Positions 36,690 through 49,100 of a stretch of 64,000 nt of DNA are shown piece after piece. The stretch covers positions 27,142,795 through 27,206,794 of the forward strand of contig NC_092670.1 in NCBI RefSeq assembly GCF_964355755.1, written 5' to 3'. The stretch comes from Antedon mediterranea. Lineage: Eukaryota > Animalia > Echinodermata. The position numbers and the translations under genes were made by a program. The notes under the pieces are model-generated. The model was not told the DNA's origin, made no database searches, and worked only from the letters and a program-made list of their open reading frames with translations. Positions within the stretch are counted from its first letter, which is position 1, and each line of letters opens with the position of its first letter.

Positions 36690-38329
36690 GTTAAACCAAT
36701 CACAGTGTTTGGTTTTGGTGGGAAAATGTTATCCTTTTCCAAAGCCTGAAATGTGCATGATTGTGTGTATATTATTAACAAGCAGTCAAACATCGTATCA
36801 CAAGGACAGAAGAAGATGTATCCAATATCAATACAGTTACAAGAATTAAAGCGTTTATTGTTGATTACACGTACATGTGATCTGCTGAGTATATTTATTA
36901 GTGGTGTTACAAATATCTTTTGCAGCGTCAGCCTACCAATCAACAGAGGTGCAATTATAATTACAGTCACATTGCAACAACATTTTATAACCATATAAAA
37001 CATTTCATATAAACACGAACTGGGATCTCCATGGTCTTTCCGTGCCTCCTTTTATAATTGTTTTGTCTTCTTATGTTTATGGCAGAAATTGTATAAATAA
37101 ATAAATAAAATAAACTATAGGCCTATATATTAATGTAAAGTTTTCACATTCATTTTCTAATTATTATTAAATATTATATTATTCATGACAAGACATACAG
37201 TTTTTTTCTCATTTGATTAAATGTAATAAATATCCCAAACTCATATTTACACTTTATATTATCTTATGACTTTTTTTTCACATAAATACACTTATTTAAA
37301 TAGTGAATCATTGTTTTTAAAGGTATCATTAAATAATTAATCATTACACTGTATATTATCTTATGACTTTTTCACATAAATACACTTATTGAAATAGTGA
37401 ATCATTGTTTTTAAAGGTATCATTAAATATCAACCAGATTTTCTTTTTTACTACTCCTGAATACTTTCGCAAAATAATATCAAAATAATAAATTTAAAAG
37501 GTATCATCCCAAAAAAAAAAATGAAAATTGAAGAAATATTATTATTGTTAAAAGTGAATAACTAACCCTAAAGTGTTACTGTATACTGTATTACACACAC
37601 AACGAAAATGTTTTAAATTATATTTTCAGGAAGACAATATATCTTGTCCAAAAAATGACACTAAACTTAAAGATGTATTGTCCCATAGAATCATGAAAAA
37701 TGAAGATGATTAAAATCAAATTTGAATAGGCCATTTTGTAGTTTTAACAAAGTTAATCACTTACATAGAAAAAAACCCAACAAAACTTATGTTTTCACTT
37801 ATAAAATGAAAAAAATTCCATTAGCTGGCAGCCAATTTGACTATTTTTTTAGTAATGGAGTATAACAAAACATATACATATATTTCCATGTGTTCTCTAT
37901 TGCTAAAAAAAGACATTCAGTTCAGCTTTCCTTCTATAACCACTTAATAAATACTAGTTACAGTCCAACTCCTCCTTAATCTTCCATTTTTTATTTAAAA
38001 AAAATGAAACAAGTATTAAAAAATTGCTATAGTAAGGCATATTGCTCAAATCATTTTTTTCTGGCCAATGTATGTCACCAACTTACATACCCATTTGAAA
38101 AAAGTCTATACAAACCTGTATCAGTCTCATAATTGCCAGTCCACGTTTTTGAGGAGCAATTGCTCTTAATTCCATGGCAATAATATACTGGCCGCTTAAA
38201 CTACTAGCTTGGTCATTGGTGGAGTTTGTAACGCTGGTAATAGCCTGAAGGATCCCATTTATCAATGTTCATCTAATTGACCTAAAAAAAAAAAACAACA
38301 GTATTTATGTATTAATATTACTACTACTA

Positions 38330-38635
38330 GGCCTATCCTAGCCTTACAACACTAAATCAACTAAATATTAGGCCTATAAATATTAATTAATAATAATAAG
38401 TAGGCTAGGCCTAGAGTAGTACTGTACTCATATTTAGTAGTAGGCTTAACCTAGGCTAGGCCTGGCCTAGCACATAGTAGACTAATAGGGATTAGTAAGT
38501 ATTATGTAGGCCTATAAGTACTACTTGGCATGGCCTAGCCTACTAGGGTATATGTAGCCTAGGCTAGGTAGGCCTAGCTAGGCCCTAGTATTGCCTAAAC
38601 CTAGGTAGGCCTAGGCCTAGGCTAGAAATAGGCTT
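38330..38635. repeat. Low-complexity TAGGCC/CTAG-rich tract
   Basis: Dense AGGCCT and CTAG motifs. Confidence 0.6.
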
Positions 38636-38689
38636 GTCAACTCACTTTACAAATTGATCTCTGACGCGTTTTAGGCCTAGTTTTTCTGG

Positions 38690-38832
38690 CATTCTTCTAC
38701 ACAGATGTTTGTCTGAAATTATTGTCTTCATGCATTAATCCTTATGTTTCTGTCTGTCTATGACTTACTTCCCTTATCGTAAAGACAAGAAGGGTAAGTA
38801 TTTCCATAAAGACCTCGCTCGTCAGCCACCAT
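38690..38832 (-). pseudogene. Degenerate MADF (Myb/SANT-like) exon of the Harbinger accessory gene
   Basis: Minus strand CLYDKGSKS*TDRNIRINA*RQ matches MADF cLYD...Y.d...k..aW with stops at Y and W. Confidence 0.6.
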
Positions 38833-39111
38833 TTTTTTGCCGTCGGTGTCGTCGATGAGAGATATTCCTGACTTCTGATTGGTTGACGAACGCAAACTGC
38901 GCTCGCGACGCCTCAAAAAGTTGACCAAGGTTCAACTTTTGAAAATTCGCGTGCGAAGCCTTCGCTGCTGTCGTTTTCAACGCGTTGAAGTTGAAATTCG
39001 ACTATCGTACACTGTTCGCTTGTATGTTCACACTGGAAGCGTCCGTCGCCTGCCGCGTGCGTCACTTTTTAACGCGAAATTCGCGGCTTCGCGTTTGGCG
39101 TGCACCGGCCT

Positions 39112-39433
39112 TAACACAAGAATCTCCTGTTCGTCCGAAGCGCGTAACAATTTCGAAAGGCATTGTGGGATAGAATAGAGCTATGGGTGGCGCCATTGTG
39201 AGCCATGGAGTAGGGCGCCCGCATCAAATTAGAAAGTCAAAATCATAGAGGGGATCTGCTAATACTCAAAGGGGGGGGGGGGGGGTGGGGGTGGGGGTAG
39301 AGTAATTGACTTCCTAGTTTGGAGGGGCGCTGCTCCATGTTGTGAAATGGCGTCGCCCAGTTTGACCTTTTAACCTTGTACTTCCGATACTGTGTTTTGA
39401 ATGCAAATTGAAGAACAGGAGATTCTTGTGTTA
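39112..39433. mobile_element. TA-flanked MITE (~320 bp) with an internal G-tract
   Basis: TIR TAACACAAGAATCTCCTGTTC / GAACAGGAGATTCTTGTGTTA. Confidence 0.8.
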
Positions 39434-39837
39434 TAAGTTCTTTGGTTGCGTGGTCTGTAATCTCGAAGCTTCCATATAATGGGCCTCCTGCGTGTCCGCT
39501 AGCTCATGTGCCCGTGCTATTTCTAACGCTTTGTCTAATGTTAATTTTTCCTCTCTAAGCAATCTAATTCTCAACTTCTTTGATCTACACTTTTCAATAT
39601 ATTTTCAAATATTTGATCTCTTATCATATCTTTTTCTAGTTCAGTTTCGTACTCACATGTTTTTATCAATTTCTTCAGGCGTGTAGCAAAACTGTCCATC
39701 GTTTCCCCGTTCTCCTGCACAGCTTGTCGATAAACATGCCTTTCAAATGCAACATTTTTCTTCGGCAAAAAATAAGCATTTAGCGCTTCGATTGCTTTTT
39801 CATAAGTGTCATCTTCCTTTGTTAACGTTTCAAATAA
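39434..39837 (-). pseudogene. gag: gag middle region of Gypsy B
   Basis: FETL...YEKAIEALNAYFLPKKNVAFERHVYRQAVQENGETMDSFATRLKKLIKTCEY...MIRDQI...LLREEKLTLDKALEIARAHE. Confidence 0.88.
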
Positions 39838-40115
39838 GAGCTATATTGTGTAGTCGTTTTTTGATAACTGAGAACTATCAGTGTGTATCATCCTCGTACA
39901 TAACTGTTTCTTAGTTGTAATAAAGATCACATTATTATAACATCTAGCATGTTATTATAATATATAAATTTATAGGTACCATTACTAATATTTTTATTTT
40001 CAACAAAAATCGATAAGTATTTTAATAACACTAAAACAACATTCTTAATATAACAAATGATATGTAGTACTACTAAATCAATGTCTAATTGCATAAAGGA
40101 CTATGTGTACAGTAT

Positions 40116-43100
40116 TATGATCAGTGCAGTTACAATTTGATAACTGAGCAGGCATCTTTTAATATCTACCTCATCAATAATTAGCATTGATATCATATAT
40201 CAGATTGTTGGATATGATCAGTGTAGTCATAATTTGATAACTGAGCACGCATCTTTTAATATCTACCTCATCAATAATTATTTTTAATAATCTATATCAC
40301 ATTGTTCGATATAATCAGTGTAGTCAAAATTTGATAACTGAGCACGCATCTTTTAATATCTACCTCATCAATAATTATTACTAATAATCTATATCACATT
40401 GTTGGATATGATCAGTGTAGTCAGAATTTGAAAACTGAGGACGCATCTTTTAATATCTACCTCACCAATAATTATTATTAATATCATATATCATACTGTT
40501 AGATGTGATCAGTGTAGTCATAATTTGATAACTGAGGACGCATCTTTAAATATCTAAATCATCAATAATTATTATTAATAATCTATATCACATTGTTGGA
40601 TATGATCAGTGTAGTCAGAATTTGATAACTGAGCACGTGCCTTTTAATATCTAAATCATCAATAATTATTATTAATATCTTATATCACATTGTTGGATAT
40701 AATCAGTGTAGTCATAATTTGATAACTGAGCACGCATCTTTAAATATCTACATCATCAATAATTATTATTAATAATCTATATCACAGTGTTGGATATGAT
40801 CAGTGGAGTCAGAATTTGATAACTGAGCACGCTTCTTTTAATATCTACCTCATCAATAATTATTATTAATATCTTATATCACATTGTTGGATATAATCAG
40901 TGTAGTCAGAATTTGATAACTGAGCACGCATCTTTTAATATCTACCTCATCAATAATTATTATTAATATCTTATATCACATTGTTGGATATGATCAGTGT
41001 AGTCATAATTTGATAACTGAGCACGCCTCTTTAAATATCTACATCATCAATAATTATTAATAATAATCTATATCACATTTTTGGATATGATCAGTGTAGT
41101 AATAATTTGATAACTGAGCACGCATCTATTAATATCTACCTCATCAATAATTAATGTTAATAATCTATATCACATTGTTGGATATGATCAGTGTAGTCAG
41201 AATTTGATAACTGAGCACGCATCTTTAAATATCTACCTCATCAATAATTATTATTAATAATCTATATCACATTGTTGGATATAATCAGTGTAGTCATAAT
41301 TTGATAACTGAGCACGCATCTTTTAATATCTACCTCATCAATAATTATTATTAATAATCTATAGCACATTGTTTGATATGATCAGTGTAGTCATAATTTG
41401 ATAACTGAGCACGCATCTTTTAATATCTACCTCATCAGTAATTATTATTAATAATCTATAGCACATTGTTTGATATGATCAGTGTAGTCATAATTTGATA
41501 ACTGAGCACGCATCTTTAAATATCTACATCATCAATAATTATTAATAATAATCTATATCACATTTTTGGATATGATCAGTGTAGTCAGAATTTGATAACT
41601 GAGCACGCATCTTTAAATATCCACCTCATCAATAATTATTATTAATATCATATATCACATTGTTCGATATGATCAGTGTAGTCAGAATTTGATAACTGAG
41701 CACGCATCTTTTAATATCTACCTCATCAATAATTATTATTAATATCTTATATCACATTGTTGGATATGATCAGTGTAGTCATAATTTGATAACTGAGCAC
41801 GCATCTTTAAATATCTACATCATCAATAATTATTAATGATAATCTATATCACATTTTGGGATATGATCAGTGTAGTCATAATTTGATAACTGAGCACGCA
41901 TCTTTTAATATCTACCTCATCAATAATTGTTATTAATATCTTATATCACATTGTTGGATATGATCAGTGTAGTCAGAATTTGATAACTGAGCACGCATCT
42001 TTCAATATCTACATCATCAATAATTATTATTAATAATCTATATCACATTGTTCGATATGATCAGTGTAGTCATAATTTGATAACTGAGCACGAATCTTTC
42101 AATATCTACATCAACAATAATTATTATTAATAATCTATATCACATTGTTGGATATGATCAGTGTAGTCATAATTTGATAACTGAGCACTCATCTTTTAAT
42201 ATCTACCTCATCAATAATTATTATTAATATCTTATATCACATTGTTGGATATGATCAATGTAGTCAGAATTTGATAACTGAGCACGCATCTTTCAATATC
42301 TACATCATCAATAATTATTATTAATAATCTATATCACATTGTTGGATATGATCAGTGTAGTCATAATTTGATAACTGATGACGCATCTGTCAATATCTAC
42401 ATCAACAATAATTATTATTAATAATCTATATCACATTGTTGAATATGATCAGTGTAGTCATAATTTGATAACTGAGCACGCATCTTTTAATATCTATTTC
42501 ATCAATAATTATTATTAATATCTTACATCACATTGTTGGATATGATCAGTGTAGTCATAATTTGATAACTGAGCACGTATCTTTCAATATCTACATCATC
42601 AATAGTTATTATTAATAATCTATGTCACATTGTTGGATATGATCAGTGTAGTCATAATTTGATAACTGAGCACGCATCTTTTAATATCTACCTCATCAAT
42701 AATTATTATTAATATCTTATATCACATTGTTGGATATGATCAGTGTAGTCAGAATTTAATAACTGAGCACGCATCTTTCAATATCTACATCATCAATACT
42801 TATTATTAATAATCTATATCACATTGTTGGATATGATCAGTGTAGTCATAATTTGATAACTATGAGCACGCATCTTTTAATATCTACCATATCATTAATT
42901 AATATTAAAAATCTATATCACGTTGTTGGATATGATCAGTGTAGTCATAATTTGATAACTGAGCACGCATCTTTTAATATCTACCTCATCAATAATTATT
43001 ATTAATAATCTATATCACATTGTTCAATATGATCAGTGTAGTCATAATTTGATAACTGAGCACGCATCTTTCAATATCTACCTCATCAATAATTATTAAT

Positions 43101-46100
43101 AATAATCTATATGACATTGTTCGATATGATCAGTGTAGCCATAATTTGATAACTGAGAACGCATCTTTTAATATCTACCTCATCAATAATTATTATTAAT
43201 ATCTTATATCACATTGTTGGATATGATCAGTGTAGTCAGAATTTGATAACTGAGCACGCATCTTTTAATATCTACCTCATCAATAATTATTATTAATATC
43301 TTATATCACATTGTTGGATATGATCAGTGTAGTCATAATTTGATAACTGAGCACGCATCTTTTAATATCTACCTCATCAATAATTATTATTAATATCTTA
43401 TATCACATTGTTGGATATGATCAGTGTAGTCAGAATTTGATAACTGAGCACGCATCTGTCAATATCTACATCAACAATAATTATTATTAATAATCTATAT
43501 CACATTGTTGGATATGATCAGTGTAGTCATAATTTGATAACTGAGCACTCATCTTTTAATATCTACCTCATCAATAATTATTATTAATATCTTATATCAC
43601 ATTGTTGGATATGATCAGTGTAGTCATAATTTGATAACTGAGCACGCATCTTTAAATATCTACCTCATCAATAATTATTATTAATATCTTATATCACATT
43701 GTTGGATATGATCAGTGTAGTCAGAATTTGATAACTGAGCACGCATCTGTCAATATCTACATCAACAATAATTATTATTAATAATCTATATCACATTGTT
43801 GGATATGATCAGTGTAGTTACAATTTGATAACTGAGCATGCACGCATCTTTTAATATCTACCTCATCAATAATTAGCATTGATATCATATATCAGATTGT
43901 TGGATATGATCAGTGTAGTCATAATTTGATAACTGAGCACGCATCTTTTAATATCTACCTCATCAATAATTATTTTTAATAATCTATATCACATTTTTCG
44001 ATATAATCAGTGTAGTCAAAATTTGATAACTGAGCACGCATCTTTTAATATCTACCTCATCAATAATTATTACTAATAATCTATATCACATTGTTGGATA
44101 TGATCAGTGTAGTCAGAATTTGAAAACTGAGCACGCATCTTTTAATATCTACCTCACCAATAATTATTATTAATATCATATATCATACTGTTAGATGTGA
44201 TCAGTGTAGTCATAATTTGATAACTGAGCACGCATCTTTAAATATCTAAATCATCAATAATTATTATTAATAATCTATATCACATTGTTGGATATGATCA
44301 GTGTAGTCAGAATTTGATAACTGAGCACGTGCCTTTTAATATCTAAATCATCAATAATTATTATTAATATCTTATATCACATTGTTGGATATAATCAGTG
44401 TAGTCATAATTTGATAACTGAGCACGCATCTTTAAATATCTACATCATCAATAATTATTATTAATAATCTATATCACAGTGTTGGATATGATCAGTGGAG
44501 TCAGAATTTGATAACTGAGCACGCTTCTTTTAATATCTACCTCATCAATAATTATTATTAATATCTTATATCACATTGTTGGATATAATCAGTGTAGTCA
44601 GAATTTGATAACTGAGCACGCATCTTTTAATATCTACCTCATCAATAATTATTATTAATATCTTATATCACATTGTTGGATATGATCAGTGTAGTCATAA
44701 TTTGATAACTGAGCACGCCTCTTTAAATATCTACATCATCAATAATTATTAATAATAATCTATATCACATTTTTGGATATGATCAGTGTAGTAATAATTT
44801 GATAACTGAGCACGCATCTATTAATATCTACCTCATCAATAATTAATGTTAATAATCTATATCACATTGTTGGATATGATCAGTGTAGTCAGAATTTGAT
44901 AACTGAGCACGCATCTTTAAATATCTACCTCATCAATAATTATTATTAATAATCTATATCACATTGTTGGATATAATCAGTGTAGTCATAATTTGATAAC
45001 TGAGCACGCATCTTTTAATATCTACCTCATCAATAATTATTATTAATAATCTATAGCACATTGTTTGATATGATCAGTGTAGTCATAATTTGATAACTGA
45101 GCACGCATCTTTTAATATCTACCTCATCAGTAATTATTATTAATAATCTATAGCACATTGTTTGATATGATCAGTGTAGTCATAATTTGATAACTGAGCA
45201 CGCATCTTTAAATATCTACATCATCAATAATTATTAATAATAATCTATATCACATTTTTGGATATGATCAGTGTAGTCAGAATTTGATAACTGAGCACGC
45301 ATCTTTAAATATCCACCTCATCAATAATTATTATTAATATCATATATCACATTGTTCGATATGATCAGTGTAGTCAGAATTTGATAACTGAGCACGCATC
45401 TTTTAATATCTACCTCATCAATAATTATTATTAATATCTTATATCACATTGTTGGATATGATCAGTGTAGTCATAATTTGATAACTGAGCACGCATCTTT
45501 AAATATCTACATCATCAATAATTATTAATGATAATCTATATCACATTTTGGGATATGATCAGTGTAGTCATAATTTGATAACTGAGCACGCATCTTTTAA
45601 TATCTACCTCATCAATAATTGTTATTAATATCTTATATCACATTGTTGGATATGATCAGTGTAGTCAGAATTTGATAACTGAGCACGCATCTTTCAATAT
45701 CTACATCATCAATAATTATTATTAATAATCTATATCACATTGTTCGATATGATCAGTGTAGTCATAATTTGATAACTGAGCACGAATCTTTCAATATCTA
45801 CATCAACAATAATTATTATTAATAATCTATATCACATTGTTGGATATGATCAGTGTAGTCATAATTTGATAACTGAGCACTCATCTTTTAATATCTACCT
45901 CATCAATAATTATTATTAATATCTTATATCACATTGTTGGATATGATCAATGTAGTCAGAATTTGATAACTGAGCACGCATCTTTCAATATCTACATCAT
46001 CAATAATTATTATTAATAATCTATATCACATTGTTGGATATGATCAGTGTAGTCATAATTTGATAACTGATGACGCATCTGTCAATATCTACATCAACAA

Positions 46101-49100
46101 TAATTATTATTAATAATCTATATCACATTGTTGAATATGATCAGTGTAGTCATAATTTGATAACTGAGCACGCATCTTTTAATATCTATTTCATCAATAA
46201 TTATTATTAATATCTTACATCACATTGTTGGATATGATCAGTGTAGTCATAATTTGATAACTGAGCACGTATCTTTCAATATCTACATCATCAATAGTTA
46301 TTATTAATAATCTATGTCACATTGTTGGATATGATCAGTGTAGTCATAATTTGATAACTGAGCACGCATCTTTTAATATCTACCTCATCAATAATTATTA
46401 TTAATATCTTATATCACATTGTTGGATATGATCAGTGTAGTCAGAATTTAATAACTGAGCACGCATCTTTCAATATCTACATCATCAATACTTATTATTA
46501 ATAATCTATATCACATTGTTGGATATGATCAGTGTAGTCATAATTTGATAACTATGAGCACGCATCTTTTAATATCTACCATATCATTAATTAATATTAA
46601 AAATCTATATCACGTTGTTGGATATGATCAGTGTAGTCATAATTTGATAACTGAGCACGCATCTTTTAATATCTACCTCATCAATAATTATTATTAATAA
46701 TCTATATCACATTGTTCAATATGATCAGTGTAGTCATAATTTGATAACTGAGCACGCATCTTTCAATATCTACCTCATCAATAATTATTAATAATAATCT
46801 ATATGACATTGTTCGATATGATCAGTGTAGCCATAATTTGATAACTGAGAACGCATCTTTTAATATCTACCTCATCAATAATTATTATTAATATCTTATA
46901 TCACATTGTTGGATATGATCAGTGTAGTCAGAATTTGATAACTGAGCACGCATCTTTTAATATCTACCTCATCAATAATTATTATTAATATCTTATATCA
47001 CATTGTTGGATATGATCAGTGTAGTCATAATTTGATAACTGAGCACGCATCTTTTAATATCTACCTCATCAATAATTATTATTAATATCTTATATCACAT
47101 TGTTGGATATGATCAGTGTAGTCAGAATTTGATAACTGAGCACGCATCTGTCAATATCTACATCAACAATAATTATTATTAATAATCTATATCACATTGT
47201 TGGATATGATCAGTGTAGTCATAATTTGATAACTGAGCACTCATCTTTTAATATCTACCTCATCAATAATTATTATTAATATCTTATATCACATTGTTGG
47301 ATATGATCAGTGTAGTCATAATTTGATAACTGAGCACGCATCTTTAAATATCTACCTCATCAATAATTATTATTAATATCTTATATCACATTGTTGGATA
47401 TGATCAGTGTAGTCAGAATTTGATAACTGAGCACGCATCTGTCAATATCTACATCAACAATAATTATTATTAATAATCTATATCACATTGTTGGATATGA
47501 TCAGTGTAGTTACAATTTGATAACTGAGCATGCACGCATCTTTTAATATCTACCTCATCAATAATTAGCATTGATATCATATATCAGATTGTTGGATATG
47601 ATCAGTGTAGTCATAATTTGATAACTGAGCACGCATCTTTTAATATCTACCTCATCAATAATTATTTTTAATAATCTATATCACATTTTTCGATATAATC
47701 AGTGTAGTCAAAATTTGATAACTGAGCACGCATCTTTTAATATCTACCTCATCAATAATTATTACTAATAATCTATATCACATTGTTGGATATGATCAGT
47801 GTAGTCAGAATTTGAAAACTGAGCACGCATCTTTTATTATCTACCTCACCAATAATTATTATTAATATCATATATCATACTGTTAGATGTGATCAGTGTA
47901 GTCATAATTTGATAACTGAGCACGCATCTTTAAATATCTAAATCATCAATAATTATTATTAATAATCTATATCACATTGTTGGATATGATCAGTGTAGTC
48001 AGAATTTGATAACTGAGCACGCTTCTTTTAATATCTACCTCATCAATAATTATTATTAATATCTTATATCACATTGTTGGATATAATCAGTGTAGTCAGA
48101 ATTTGATAACTGAGCACGCATCTTTTAATATCTACCTCATCAATAATTATTATTAATATCTTATATCACATTGTTGGATATGATCAGTGTAGTCATAATT
48201 TGATAACTGAGCACGCCTCTTTAAATATCTACATCATCAATAATTATTAATAATAATCTATATCACATTTTTGGATATGATCAGTGTAGTAATAATTTGA
48301 TAACTGAGCACGCATCTTTTAATATCTACCTCATCAATAATTAATGTTAATAATCTATATCACATTGTTGGATATGATCAGTGTAGTCAGAATTTGATAA
48401 CTGAGCACGCATCTTTTAATATCTACCTCATCAATAATTATTATTAATAATCTATAGCACATTGTTTGATATGATCAGTGTAGTCATAATTTGATAACTG
48501 AGCACGCATCTTTTAATATCTACCTCATCAGTAATTATTATTAATAATCTATAGCACATTGTTTGATATGATCAGTGTAGTCATAATTTGATAACTGAGC
48601 ACGCATCTTTAAATATCTACATCATCAATAATTATTAATAATAATCTATATCACATTTTTGGATATGATCAGTGTAGTCAGAATTTGATAACTGAGCACG
48701 CATCTTTAAATATCCACCTCATCAATAATTATTATTAATATCATATATCACATTGTTCGATATGATCAGTGTAGTCAGAATTTGATAACTGAGCACGCAT
48801 CTTTTAATATCTACCTCATCAATAATTATTATTAATATCTTATATCACATTGTTGGATATGATCAGTGTAGTCATAATTTGATAACTGAGCACGCATCTT
48901 TAAATATCTACCTCATCAATAATTATTATTAATAATCTATATCACATTGTTGGATATAATCAGTGTAGTCAAAATTTGATAACTGAGCACGCATCTTTTA
49001 ATATCTACCTCATCAATAATTATTACTAATAATCTATATCACATTGTTGGATATGATCAGTGTAGTCAGAATTTGAAAACTGAGCACGCATCTTTTAATA

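Larger units (their letters stand above)
36476..39111. mobile_element. PIF/Harbinger deletion derivative (2.6 kb)
   Basis: TIR AGGCCGGTGCAC(A/G)CC..ACGCGAAGC; TSD TAA; MADF relic inside. Confidence 0.85.
22820..39837 (-). mobile_element. Mag-like Gypsy retrotransposon B, fragmented by nested insertions; 5' end not in window
   Basis: gag (two CCHC), PR, RT, RNase H, IN, PPT and short 3' LTR in colinear order on the minus strand. Confidence 0.9.

Noticed and set aside
37666-38080. Kolobok-like element starting TTAAAGATGTATTGTCCC
   Set aside because: No matching right TIR or TTAA was found.
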